IMG/VR virus record: IMGVR_UViG_3300016471_001002
Coordinates: 128,001 to 192,000 of that record
Length of the DNA stretch: 64,000 nucleotides
Strand: one strand, 5' to 3'
Origin: a virus
Taxonomy: Duplodnaviria; Caudoviricetes
The notes below the pieces were generated by a model. It did no database searches, was not told the DNA's origin, and worked only from the letters and a program-made list of their open reading frames with translations. The stretch's first letter is position 1; each line of letters begins with the position of its first letter. Positions 9,395 through 16,968 of this stretch are shown here, one piece after another. Position numbers and translations under genes: made by a program.

Positions 9395-9783
9395 AGAAGA
9401 TCTTGGTGAATGATGGATTGAGGGAATTTCTTGATCCAAAGGAATTTTTTGTAAAGAGATATGATGAGAACATGAAGGAAGGAAACACCGAGTGTTTTGG
9501 GCTCCGCCAAACCGGGAGAACAACTCGGATGATTATTGAAACAATCCAGAAGGTTGTGGAGAATCCTGAATTAAAGTTCACCATTCTTACCCACAATTGG
9601 GATATGGTTCCTCGGATCATCCATGTGATGAACCACTATGCACACCAAATGGATGTTAAAATCCCAAATGATTCCATTAGTGTTGTTCCTGATGTGGAAC
9701 TTGGTTTCACCGGAGCAACAGTGTTGAGGGATAATGGAATCACCGATGTGAGAATCACCAAGGAATTGAGGGAGAAACCATGA
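9391..9783 (+). CDS. hypothetical protein with degenerate P-loop-like RQTGRTT
   Basis: Walker-A-like motif only. Confidence 0.55.
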   Translation: MKKILVNDGLREFLDPKEFFVKRYDENMKEGNTECFGLRQTGRTTRMIIETIQKVVENPELKFTILTHNWDMVPRIIHVMNHYAHQMDVKIPNDSISVVPDVELGFTGATVLRDNGITDVRITKELREKP

Positions 9784-10031
9784 GCGGAGATAATCAACCA
9801 GAAACAGTTTCGGTTCCTGTAACCCAACAGGATTTCATGGTGATCCGGGCATCACTTCACCACTCGATCTCATTCTGGGGCCATGCCCTGGAAACTGGGG
9901 AATATCCAGAAAACTTTGATGAAGGAAAAGCAAAGGAGATCCTCCAGATGAGCAGGGATGTTATCGAGAAAGTGAACATGATCTTAACCATGAAACCGAT
10001 TTCTTCCCAGAATGTTGGAGTTACACATTGA
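9780..10031 (+). CDS. hypothetical protein
   Basis: coupled ORF. Confidence 0.6.
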   Translation: MSGDNQPETVSVPVTQQDFMVIRASLHHSISFWGHALETGEYPENFDEGKAKEILQMSRDVIEKVNMILTMKPISSQNVGVTH

Positions 10032-10216
10032 ACCCAATCCCTCTATATTCTCCACCCCGATTCCCCAGGTTCTTCCGTTCAAAACCCGGTGAAATTAGTG
10101 AAGGTAGGTGTTGGTGTTGTTCCCACGGTGCTTATCTGTACATCGGAACTTCACTGTGGAACCTCATCTGGATCTTCATCAAAGAGTTTAAATCGGATCG
10201 GCATCTCGTGGGTTAA
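10028..10216 (+). CDS. hypothetical protein
   Basis: coupled ORF, CWCC motif. Confidence 0.55.
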   Translation: MNPIPLYSPPRFPRFFRSKPGEISEGRCWCCSHGAYLYIGTSLWNLIWIFIKEFKSDRHLVG

Positions 10217-10217
10217 G

Positions 10218-10246
10218 TGTAAAGTTCCGCGGGGTGATGATATACT
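10218..10246 (+). promoter_or_regulatory. early-type promoter with TTCCGCGG spacer (copy 2)
   Basis: TGTAAA-gttccgcggggtgatga-TATACT. Confidence 0.7.
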
Positions 10247-10252
10247 AGAACC

Positions 10253-10618
10253 ATGGAAACCAAGAAAACCCCTAAGAAACCAAAACACAAACACTTCTGG
10301 GAGTTTCATTCCTGGGTAAAAGGCCCAAAGAGCCCAAAGGATAACTACCAAACCTGGGATTTCGAGGTTGAATACAGGTGTTCCTGTGGGAAGAACCAAA
10401 AGGTTGAACCCAGTGAGGAAGAACTGAAACAATACATCAAGGATTCCATGTGTGATTACTGCGGTGAACTTCATGAACAACATGAGGATCCTCGTGAATG
10501 TATCACGGTTCTTCGAACCAAGGTGGTTGGGCTAGAGGATCGCCTGGAAAAACTAGAGGATCAAATGGATTCCATCCGAAGGGTGTTCAGGGATTCCGTT
10601 GATCGAGATCGATGGTGA
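10253..10618 (+). CDS. Cys/His-rich hypothetical protein with coiled-coil end
   Basis: CSCG, CDYCG..H. Confidence 0.6.
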   Translation: METKKTPKKPKHKHFWEFHSWVKGPKSPKDNYQTWDFEVEYRCSCGKNQKVEPSEEELKQYIKDSMCDYCGELHEQHEDPRECITVLRTKVVGLEDRLEKLEDQMDSIRRVFRDSVDRDRW

Positions 10619-10621
10619 ACC

Positions 10622-10879
10622 ATGAGGAAGAAGAAGATGGGATTTTACTCAACCAACTTTCAAGATTCGGAAGAGAACAACATCTCGATCCACTACTCAC
10701 CTGAATACAAGCAATTTTCGGTATCCATCACCGATGGGCACGGAGAAAGAACTAATTCAATTGAGATGGGTTATGAGGATCTCCGTTCTCTATTCAAAGA
10801 AGCCGAGAACATCTTCTTTCAACATGAAGGGTTGATTGATGATGAACGGAGTTTCCCAAAACCAAACACAGAGGATTGA
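10622..10879 (+). CDS. hypothetical protein
   Basis: ORF in operon. Confidence 0.6.
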   Translation: MRKKKMGFYSTNFQDSEENNISIHYSPEYKQFSVSITDGHGERTNSIEMGYEDLRSLFKEAENIFFQHEGLIDDERSFPKPNTED

Positions 10880-10882
10880 ATC

Positions 10883-11071
10883 ATGAAAGCCAAAGTTACT
10901 GCTCGATACTGGGATTCTGAACTCCAATCCAGGTTTGGTTCATTTGATTCAATCCATAATTTTCCAAATGATACCGAAACATTCCTGAAGGAAGTTATGA
11001 AGTTCGGTAGGTTTGAAACGAAGTTGGAAGGTGATCTACTCACCCTTGAGTTCCAAAACGATTACGATTGA
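10883..11071 (+). CDS. hypothetical protein
   Basis: ORF in operon. Confidence 0.6.
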   Translation: MKAKVTARYWDSELQSRFGSFDSIHNFPNDTETFLKEVMKFGRFETKLEGDLLTLEFQNDYD

Positions 11072-11247
11072 ATCATGAAACCCGAGAAAAACTTCTTCTT
11101 CTCTGCCAAAAATTCATACGAGATAATGAGATAGGTTGTTCCGAATCCATCTACCAATCGGATAGGATCATCCTAAATTCACCGGATTTCATTCGTGAAA
11201 TTTGTGATCTGGTTGGTTACCATCAATTCGAGGAGGATGAAAAGTGA
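11068..11247 (+). CDS. hypothetical protein (59 aa, below ORF-track cutoff)
   Basis: TTG start overlapping upstream stop; LCQKFIRDNEIGCSESIYQSD; fills the gap exactly. Confidence 0.6.
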   Translation: MNHETREKLLLLCQKFIRDNEIGCSESIYQSDRIILNSPDFIREICDLVGYHQFEEDEK

Positions 11248-11531
11248 TTCTATATAATGATTACGAACAAGTTGAAACCTGGGAAGATCTTGATGATCTT
11301 GTGAAAAGGATGTATGGCCCCGTTCCAATCACCAACCGGATGGTAACACCTCATCTCCCCAAGGAATGGGATGAGAAGAACCAGTACCCCTGGAAGAACG
11401 GTGAACCAGTTCTATTCCTCGGTGAAGTGATTGGTATGCCAGGCCACGGTGTTTTTGTGGGTAAGGATGGCCTAGTGAAGTTTGGGTACCACACAGATTC
11501 CTTCAAGGTTATTCCAAAGGATGAACTATGA
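11244..11531 (+). CDS. conserved phage-type hypothetical protein
   Basis: VLFLGEVIGMPGHGVFVGKDGLVKFGYHTDSF. Confidence 0.65.
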   Translation: MILYNDYEQVETWEDLDDLVKRMYGPVPITNRMVTPHLPKEWDEKNQYPWKNGEPVLFLGEVIGMPGHGVFVGKDGLVKFGYHTDSFKVIPKDEL

Positions 11532-11959
11532 ATCCCGATCAAAAATACCTGATCAAATACAAAGATCCCTTTGATTCCAACACCAAAAACCGATATTGGT
11601 TCAAGGATCATGAGGAATGGATTCCAGATCCAAGTGGAGCAACACTTTTTACTCAGGAAGGTGGTGTAAGAGAGGTTGGTAGGTTACTGGTGGATTATGA
11701 GTGGATCACAAAATTGATTCCCTCGGAGGAAATTCCAAAGGTAAAACCTGTTTCACCTCCAAGCGGGGATTTCATTCTCATTGTTGATTGTGATGGAGAT
11801 CCTCAGGAAGTTTTTGGGGGAAATGTAAACCTTGATCAGGTATTCCAGTTGATCGATAAACTGGATCGTGAATCAGGTTATCATCCACATTCCGCCTGGA
11901 GGAGGTGCGCAGGTGGATTTACTCGGGTGTTTGAAAGAATTGGAAAGGATCCAAAGTGA
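11528..11959 (+). CDS. hypothetical protein
   Basis: coupled ORF. Confidence 0.6.
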   Translation: MNPDQKYLIKYKDPFDSNTKNRYWFKDHEEWIPDPSGATLFTQEGGVREVGRLLVDYEWITKLIPSEEIPKVKPVSPPSGDFILIVDCDGDPQEVFGGNVNLDQVFQLIDKLDRESGYHPHSAWRRCAGGFTRVFERIGKDPK

Positions 11960-12183
11960 AAAACGAATCACTTGATTTTTTGGTGGAGAAGGGAGATATT
12001 GTTTTTTACACCTATGAAAATCTGGATGAGGAAGGTAATCCAGGTGAAGGTGAGTTTAGAAACACCGAGAGGTTAACCCTTCTATTTCCAAGTGGAAATA
12101 ATTTGATCCTGGATACGTGTTGTTCCGGTATGAATCAAAACACTGTTTTGATGATGGAATTATTGAAAGTAGATCCAAAGTGA
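11956..12183 (+). CDS. hypothetical protein
   Basis: coupled ORF. Confidence 0.55.
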   Translation: MKNESLDFLVEKGDIVFYTYENLDEEGNPGEGEFRNTERLTLLFPSGNNLILDTCCSGMNQNTVLMMELLKVDPK

Positions 12184-12452
12184 AACTCGAGCAACTTGGG
12201 AGGGATACCAACGGAGGTATTTCCTCCCTTCCACAAATTAAATCAGGTAAGAACCGTGGTTTTAGAAAACCTGAGGTTGGTGGTAATTGGTTGTGTACCG
12301 GTGGTTATACCCACGATTCTCGGTGGGATGAGAAGAATGCCCACGGCTCATGGCTCACTTCCATGGAGAAAATCGGGTTCCGCACCGGAAAATATGAACT
12401 GGATGGGGTGGTTAACCTATATGTTTGGGTGCAAAATTCCGCGGGGGGATGA
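12180..12452 (+). CDS. hypothetical protein
   Basis: GTG start overlapping upstream stop. Confidence 0.55.
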   Translation: MKLEQLGRDTNGGISSLPQIKSGKNRGFRKPEVGGNWLCTGGYTHDSRWDEKNAHGSWLTSMEKIGFRTGKYELDGVVNLYVWVQNSAGG

Positions 12453-12458
12453 TAGAAT
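12430..12458 (+). promoter_or_regulatory. early-type promoter with TTCCGCGG spacer (copy 3)
   Basis: TGCAAA-attccgcggggggatga-TAGAAT. Confidence 0.7.
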
Positions 12459-12464
12459 AAAAAT

Positions 12465-12752
12465 ATGAACACCACACCAACCCGAATCGATCTGGTTCAA
12501 CTCTGGATGGAAACCCACTTCAAGGGGATTCCCTGTGCTGTTTTCTTCGATCCTCTAGGGGATGGTGATAGAATCTCACTGTTCATCGATAAACTCGGAA
12601 TCTCCTGCGGAACAGGTATGGGGCAAATCATCAACTCCAACTTTCTCATCCTACCATCACCCAACCCAGATTCACTAGTGAACAACCTCAAACAAGACAC
12701 CTGGGGCTTCGCAATGAGCTGGAATGGAAACAATTTCACGAGTGAGAATTAA
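12465..12752 (+). CDS. hypothetical protein
   Basis: ORF after promoter. Confidence 0.6.
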   Translation: MNTTPTRIDLVQLWMETHFKGIPCAVFFDPLGDGDRISLFIDKLGISCGTGMGQIINSNFLILPSPNPDSLVNNLKQDTWGFAMSWNGNNFTSEN

Positions 12753-12768
12753 TAGATATTTAACCTCC

Positions 12769-13068
12769 ATGAAGATATCAATCAATCAACTCCGCAGGAT
12801 TATCAAGGAAGAAGTTCAAACACTCACCGAGGCAGGAGATCCAAACAAAATCAAGTTTGAAGAAATCAAACAATCACTGGTTGATTTCCTCCAATCCAAC
12901 GGTGAACTGGTTTCAGGTGATGTTGTTCTACAAGGAAATACCATCAAGTTCCACATCTATGATCAAGATGCCCCAGATCTTCAATCACAACCCAGAGTTA
13001 AGATAACCCTGGAACTAGAACCCAGCATGGCACAACTTCGAGATGAAAATCCAGAGGTTTTCCTGTGA
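12769..13068 (+). CDS. MKIT-tag family protein
   Basis: MKISINQLRRIIKEEV; TATTTA 6 nt upstream of ATG. Confidence 0.7.
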   Translation: MKISINQLRRIIKEEVQTLTEAGDPNKIKFEEIKQSLVDFLQSNGELVSGDVVLQGNTIKFHIYDQDAPDLQSQPRVKITLELEPSMAQLRDENPEVFL

Positions 13069-13084
13069 GAATTAAAGGATAAAA

Positions 13085-13393
13085 ATGTCGGGAGGAGCCA
13101 TTCACCCACAATACCTGTACTACCAGGTGAACCAATTCGCGGATGAACTTGAGAACCGAATCGAAAACAACAATGTTCCGGATGAATACGGTTATGCCCC
13201 AAACCTCCCGGATGATATCCTCGATTACCTAAAACTCCAGGTTTCCAACCTAAGGAAAATCTCCGAGGTGATGAGAGCAACGGACTATTTATTTGCTGGT
13301 GACCATGGACCCGAAAATTTTCTAAAGATCATTGAGAAAATTGAAAAAAGTATTCAGGCTCTACATCAGGTATTTGACTCAATTTCCTGTTGA
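13085..13393 (+). CDS. conserved phage hypothetical (MSGG... family), putative target of endonuclease cassette 3
   Basis: 3' end overlaps endonuclease stop; tail homolog at 14438. Confidence 0.7.
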   Translation: MSGGAIHPQYLYYQVNQFADELENRIENNNVPDEYGYAPNLPDDILDYLKLQVSNLRKISEVMRATDYLFAGDHGPENFLKIIEKIEKSIQALHQVFDSISC

Positions 13394-14340
13394 AGTTTTT
13401 TTAACCTTCTGGTTTCCCACCCCTTTTTAAGTCTCTCGCTTCTTTGCTCGGGTGTGAGTTCAGCTAATTTCGATTTTATAGATTCACTTGTTTTTTTCTT
13501 ATGTTCAGGATCCTCCCACAATTTTTTTCTTATTTCGCTCATTTTTTCTCTATATTCAGGATCCTCCCACGATTTTTTTCTTATTTCACTCATTTTTTCT
13601 TTGAACTCAGGATCCTCCCATTTCTTTTTGTTGGCTTCGCTTTGTTTTCTTTTGTATTCAGGATCGTTTCGTATTTTTTTCATTTTGTGATCCGGATTTT
13701 CCCAGGATTTTCTAATAGATTCTTTATGCTTTTCCTTGATCTCAGGTTTTTTTAGAGAATCTTTGATAGCTTCGCTGTGCTTCTTTAATAATTCAGGATC
13801 TTCCCAAACTTTTTGTTGTTGTTCACTGCATTTTTTTCTGAGTTCAGGGTCACTCCAAGTTTTCTTAAATGATTCACTCATCCTTTCCTTGAATTCAGGA
13901 TTCTCCCATTTCTTTCTTTTTGTTGCCTTCATTCTTTCTTTTCTATCCTGGTTTTCCCAAGATTTTTTTTGTAATTCACTCATCCTTTCTTTGAACTCAG
14001 GATTTTCCCACTTCTTTTTACAGGCCTCTCTTTGTTCTTCGTTCCATTTGTAGCCTGTTGTTCCATCTCCGCCAAGGGTAAAATTGGCACCACCTTCACC
14101 AAAATCAACATGGGTTTTTAGTTCCTGGATAAGTTCGACTTCTTTATCAAATGCCTCTTGTTGATTGATGGTTTCAAATAGGACTTTCCTAACCATGCCA
14201 TGCTTATTTTTGATTTTGGCGTGAAGAGGATTTCTTTTTGATTTTCTCACTCTACAATCTACACCTTTTCCAACATAAAAAGGTCTTCCATCATCCTCTC
14301 GATAATCAACATAAACAAAGAATTTTTGTTCGGTTTCCAT
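13366..14340 (-). CDS. GIY-YIG-type homing endonuclease with helical repeats
   Basis: FFVYVDYREDDGRPFYVGKG; WEDPE repeats; ATATTTAT-N4-ATG start. Confidence 0.8.
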   Translation of the reverse strand: METEQKFFVYVDYREDDGRPFYVGKGVDCRVRKSKRNPLHAKIKNKHGMVRKVLFETINQQEAFDKEVELIQELKTHVDFGEGGANFTLGGDGTTGYKWNEEQREACKKKWENPEFKERMSELQKKSWENQDRKERMKATKRKKWENPEFKERMSESFKKTWSDPELRKKCSEQQQKVWEDPELLKKHSEAIKDSLKKPEIKEKHKESIRKSWENPDHKMKKIRNDPEYKRKQSEANKKKWEDPEFKEKMSEIRKKSWEDPEYREKMSEIRKKLWEDPEHKKKTSESIKSKLAELTPEQRSERLKKGWETRRLKKLQQEIESNT

Positions 14341-14437
14341 ATCCATAAATATGGAAAAAGATTATAAAAAGCCATATTTTTATATGGTTTCGTGTAAATT
14401 TTCAGATTTTTATATACTGTTTCTACTAATAAAAAGT

Positions 14438-14512
14438 ATGAAGAATATTTCTGGCGATCATAACGAGTTAAGCTTCATGAAAACCATCGGGAAAATCGAG
14501 GCTGAAAAATAA
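14438..14512 (+). pseudogene. 24-aa mini-ORF, displaced native 3' end of 13085 gene
   Basis: SGDHNELSFMKTIGKIE vs AGDHGPENFLKIIEKIE (9/17 identical). Confidence 0.65.
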
Positions 14513-14515
14513 ATC

Positions 14516-14731
14516 ATGGAACTCCGCATCGGTGATCAATGCTCAATTTGGAACGGAAATTCATCCATCTCAGATTCACGAAACTGGCTCATCGGCATCG
14601 TGATGAAAAAGAAGAACCACAAATACTGGAATGAAACTCGATACCAAGTTTTCTGGCACGATTTGTTAAAAGATACTACGTGGTACACTGCGAATGAGAT
14701 CAAATTAGATGAAACTCGGTTCTCTCGTTAA
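14516..14731 (+). CDS. small SH3/KOW-like protein
   Basis: LRIGDQC...IGIV...YQVFW. Confidence 0.7.
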   Translation: MELRIGDQCSIWNGNSSISDSRNWLIGIVMKKKNHKYWNETRYQVFWHDLLKDTTWYTANEIKLDETRFSR

Positions 14732-14900
14732 AATCCACCCAATCGATCATCTTTCACGTGAATTCCGCGGTGAACTTGGAACTCTATTAGATCTAGAGAT
14801 TCACAACTATCTCTCAGAGAAATTCTATTACGCAAAAGTGATGCTCCTCTCAGGGAAGATTATCTTCACCTCCCAAAATTCGCTGGAATTTATCAGTTAA
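14709..14900 (+). CDS. small SH3/KOW-like protein
   Basis: MKLGSLVKI...LGTLLD...AKVML. Confidence 0.7.
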   Translation: MKLGSLVKIHPIDHLSREFRGELGTLLDLEIHNYLSEKFYYAKVMLLSGKIIFTSQNSLEFIS

Positions 14901-14965
14901 AGGTAATAATTACCCCTATGAAGATCACAGTTTCACAACTCCGTAAAATCATCAAGGAAGAAGTT
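14862..14965 (+). repeat. ~104-bp imperfect direct repeat, copy 1 (copy 2 at 15305-15408)
   Basis: atcttcacctcccaaaattc...taataattacccctATGaagat...gaagaagt; offset 443. Confidence 0.85.
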
Positions 14966-15187
14966 TCTAGAATTATTGAAGAGAATATCAACATTGATCG
15001 AATGGTGCTTGATGAACACTATGAGGTTTATCAGGAAACCACTCGTAGTGGTGCAATACTCTACAAGGTGAAGTTCACTGCACCAAAGGATCTTCCACGT
15101 TTCATTTGGGTGAATCCAAATGGTTCCTGGATTGGCAGGAATTCTAAAATGCTAAACGATGATATCGTTGCGAGTGGAAATTTTTGA
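14918..15187 (+). CDS. MKIT-tag family protein
   Basis: MKITVSQLRKIIKEEV; TAATTA-N5-ATG. Confidence 0.75.
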   Translation: MKITVSQLRKIIKEEVSRIIEENINIDRMVLDEHYEVYQETTRSGAILYKVKFTAPKDLPRFIWVNPNGSWIGRNSKMLNDDIVASGNF

Positions 15188-15271
15188 AATATGATGAAGA
15201 TAGATTCCGTAATGCCATCCAAAAGATTGAAGGCAAACTAACCTTTTTAAGGGTGATGAATAATTAATCCC

Positions 15272-15343
15272 ATGAAACTCACAACGGCACAACTCAAACA
15301 AATCATCTTCACCTCCCAAAATTCTCTGGAATTTATCAATTAA
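15272..15343 (+). pseudogene. chimeric mini-ORF (tag fused to tail of 14709 gene)
   Basis: MKLTTAQLKQII+FTSQNSLEFIN*. Confidence 0.6.
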
Positions 15344-15408
15344 AGGTAATAATTACCCCTATGAAGATTACCGTATCGCAACTCCGTAAGATCATCCGTG
15401 AAGAAGTG
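15305..15408 (+). repeat. ~104-bp imperfect direct repeat, copy 2
   Basis: see copy 1. Confidence 0.85.
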
Positions 15409-16107
15409 CAGAGGAACATCTCTGAAGCCAAGTTCAACGTGGGTGATAAGGTAGAGGAAAAAGGAACCGATTCCGGTTGGTGGGAGGTTCTAGAATTAAT
15501 TCCCGATAATAGAACAGGTAAAACCGTTGCCAAATTACAAATGTTTCAACCTGTGGGTGGTAGAACACCAATCACACACGTAACAACGGATAAACTTGCT
15601 AAAGTTAGAGAATCTCTATCACATCCAGGTTCTTCACCCCTGAAGGATGGTGGTGTTGTTAACCGTGAATCCGGAGAGATTCTGGTTATGGATAGTGTTC
15701 CTCCTCAATACCTCGATCACATTGAGGTTGATGAGATGGGTTATACCACACTTCCAAATGATAAGTTTGAGGAACTTCGTGGTGAATTGAAGGGATTATC
15801 CGCAGGGAAACCAAAGAAACAACGATTAGCACCCTTCCAACTCAACAAGGGATCCAAGGGTTTCAATGATTACATCCGGGATGTTGATAGGGATATGCCA
15901 ACCTCATGGGATTCTCCAGATCCTCAGGATGTTCACGATGAATTTCTTAAGTTAAGGGATTATGATGGTGAAGTTCCACTCAAAATGCTAGCGGCCGGCT
16001 TAGGGGTAGAACCCAACCAAATCGATTGGAACGGAACCGGTTTAAGGGTGATGAACGGTGTTGTTACTGAACTCATCGGCGATACCCCCTACAGAACCAA
16101 TAGGTGA
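15361..16107 (+). CDS. MKIT-tag protein with KOW-like domain and possible C-terminal HTH
   Basis: MKITVSQLRKIIREEV; AKFNVGDKV; VPLKMLAAGLGVEP. Confidence 0.7.
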   Translation: MKITVSQLRKIIREEVQRNISEAKFNVGDKVEEKGTDSGWWEVLELIPDNRTGKTVAKLQMFQPVGGRTPITHVTTDKLAKVRESLSHPGSSPLKDGGVVNRESGEILVMDSVPPQYLDHIEVDEMGYTTLPNDKFEELRGELKGLSAGKPKKQRLAPFQLNKGSKGFNDYIRDVDRDMPTSWDSPDPQDVHDEFLKLRDYDGEVPLKMLAAGLGVEPNQIDWNGTGLRVMNGVVTELIGDTPYRTNR

Positions 16108-16119
16108 TCATCAGCACAA

Positions 16120-16150
16120 AAGGTAACCCACATTTAACTTTCGTGCAAAA
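16120..16150 (+). repeat. 31-bp direct repeat (second copy 16598-16628), overlaps -35 of promoter 16144-16172
   Basis: aaggtaacccacattta(a/c)ctttcgtgca(a/c)aa. Confidence 0.8.
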
Positions 16151-16178
16151 TACCTCATGGCGATGTTAAAATACCTCC

Positions 16179-16403
16179 ATGGCTCCACAACTCGGTGATC
16201 TAATCCACATCATAAAAGATACCCACGGCTACCCAGATAACTGGATCCGCGGCACAGATCCAATCAGATTCCCAAACGGCTCCACTGGCATCCTACTGGA
16301 TATCAAACCTTCATCCACAGATGAACCACGAACCTTCTACAAGGTTGCCACCCCACAAGGCACGGTATCCATCTTCGAAGGCTTCACAGAACTCATCAAA
16401 TAA
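16179..16403 (+). CDS. small SH3-like protein
   Basis: LGDLIHI...GILLD...YKVATPQG; after TGCAAA-N17-TAAAAT. Confidence 0.75.
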   Translation: MAPQLGDLIHIIKDTHGYPDNWIRGTDPIRFPNGSTGILLDIKPSSTDEPRTFYKVATPQGTVSIFEGFTELIK

Positions 16404-16415
16404 CGGATCAACACC

Positions 16416-16604
16416 ATGAACATCGGCGATCTTGTTCACGTAAGAAAATCTAACGTGTTTCACCAACTCGGCCTCGGGATCATCCTAGAACTTCACGCCG
16501 AACCCGATCGAACCTACTGCGATGTGTTCTTCCCAGACAGCGGAGAAACCTACGGGATCTTCGATAGAGATCTAGAAAAACTATCGGATCAACACGGAAG
16601 GTAA
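16416..16604 (+). CDS. small SH3/KOW-like protein
   Basis: MNIGDLVHV...GIILE...CDVFF. Confidence 0.75.
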   Translation: MNIGDLVHVRKSNVFHQLGLGIILELHAEPDRTYCDVFFPDSGETYGIFDRDLEKLSDQHGR

Positions 16605-16756
16605 CCCACATTTACCTTTCGTGCACAAAGAATAAACCACACCACTGCATCATACTGGATGCGGGGTTTTCGGAGGACGATGAGTACTTCTACCAGGTTC
16701 TCGCAGGTGAAAAGGTGGTTTGGATACGGGCAGAATACCTCACGGAGGTAAAGTGA
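16568..16756 (+). pseudogene. start-less SH3-like reading frame
   Basis: open frame KVTHIY...CIILD...YQVLAGEKVVWIRAEYLTEVK* with no ATG/GTG/TTG upstream of the domain. Confidence 0.45.
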
Positions 16757-16968
16757 ACCCAGGCGATCTGTGTATGGCCCAGGATTGGGCTCCAGATTAC
16801 AACTTTGTGAGGGGAACAAAACACCCCAATGTCACTACCAAAAAGATCCAACACAAACAGTTGTACATATTCCTAGGAATGGATACAGAAGAACAACACA
16901 TGGGTAGGTACTTACTTCCCGACGGCGGTGTGTGGTTGTCCGACCCAATGTTCATGGAGGTTCTATGA
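16753..16968 (+). CDS. small SH3/KOW-like protein
   Basis: GTG after GGAGG; NPGDLC. Confidence 0.65.
   Translation: MNPGDLCMAQDWAPDYNFVRGTKHPNVTTKKIQHKQLYIFLGMDTEEQHMGRYLLPDGGVWLSDPMFMEVL

Noticed and set aside
9391-9783. Terminase or helicase call from RQTGRTT
   Set aside because: Only 130 aa with a degenerate Walker A and no other motifs.
2326-14053. Plus-strand Phe/Ser-rich ORFs (2326, 2460, 8094, 13454, 13501, 13736)
   Set aside because: Antisense shadows of the Lys/Glu-rich endonuclease repeats.
6960-14512. Group I introns carrying the endonucleases
   Set aside because: The flanks are duplicated homologous segments rather than contiguous exons, the ORFs are antisense, and there is little non-coding space for a ribozyme core.
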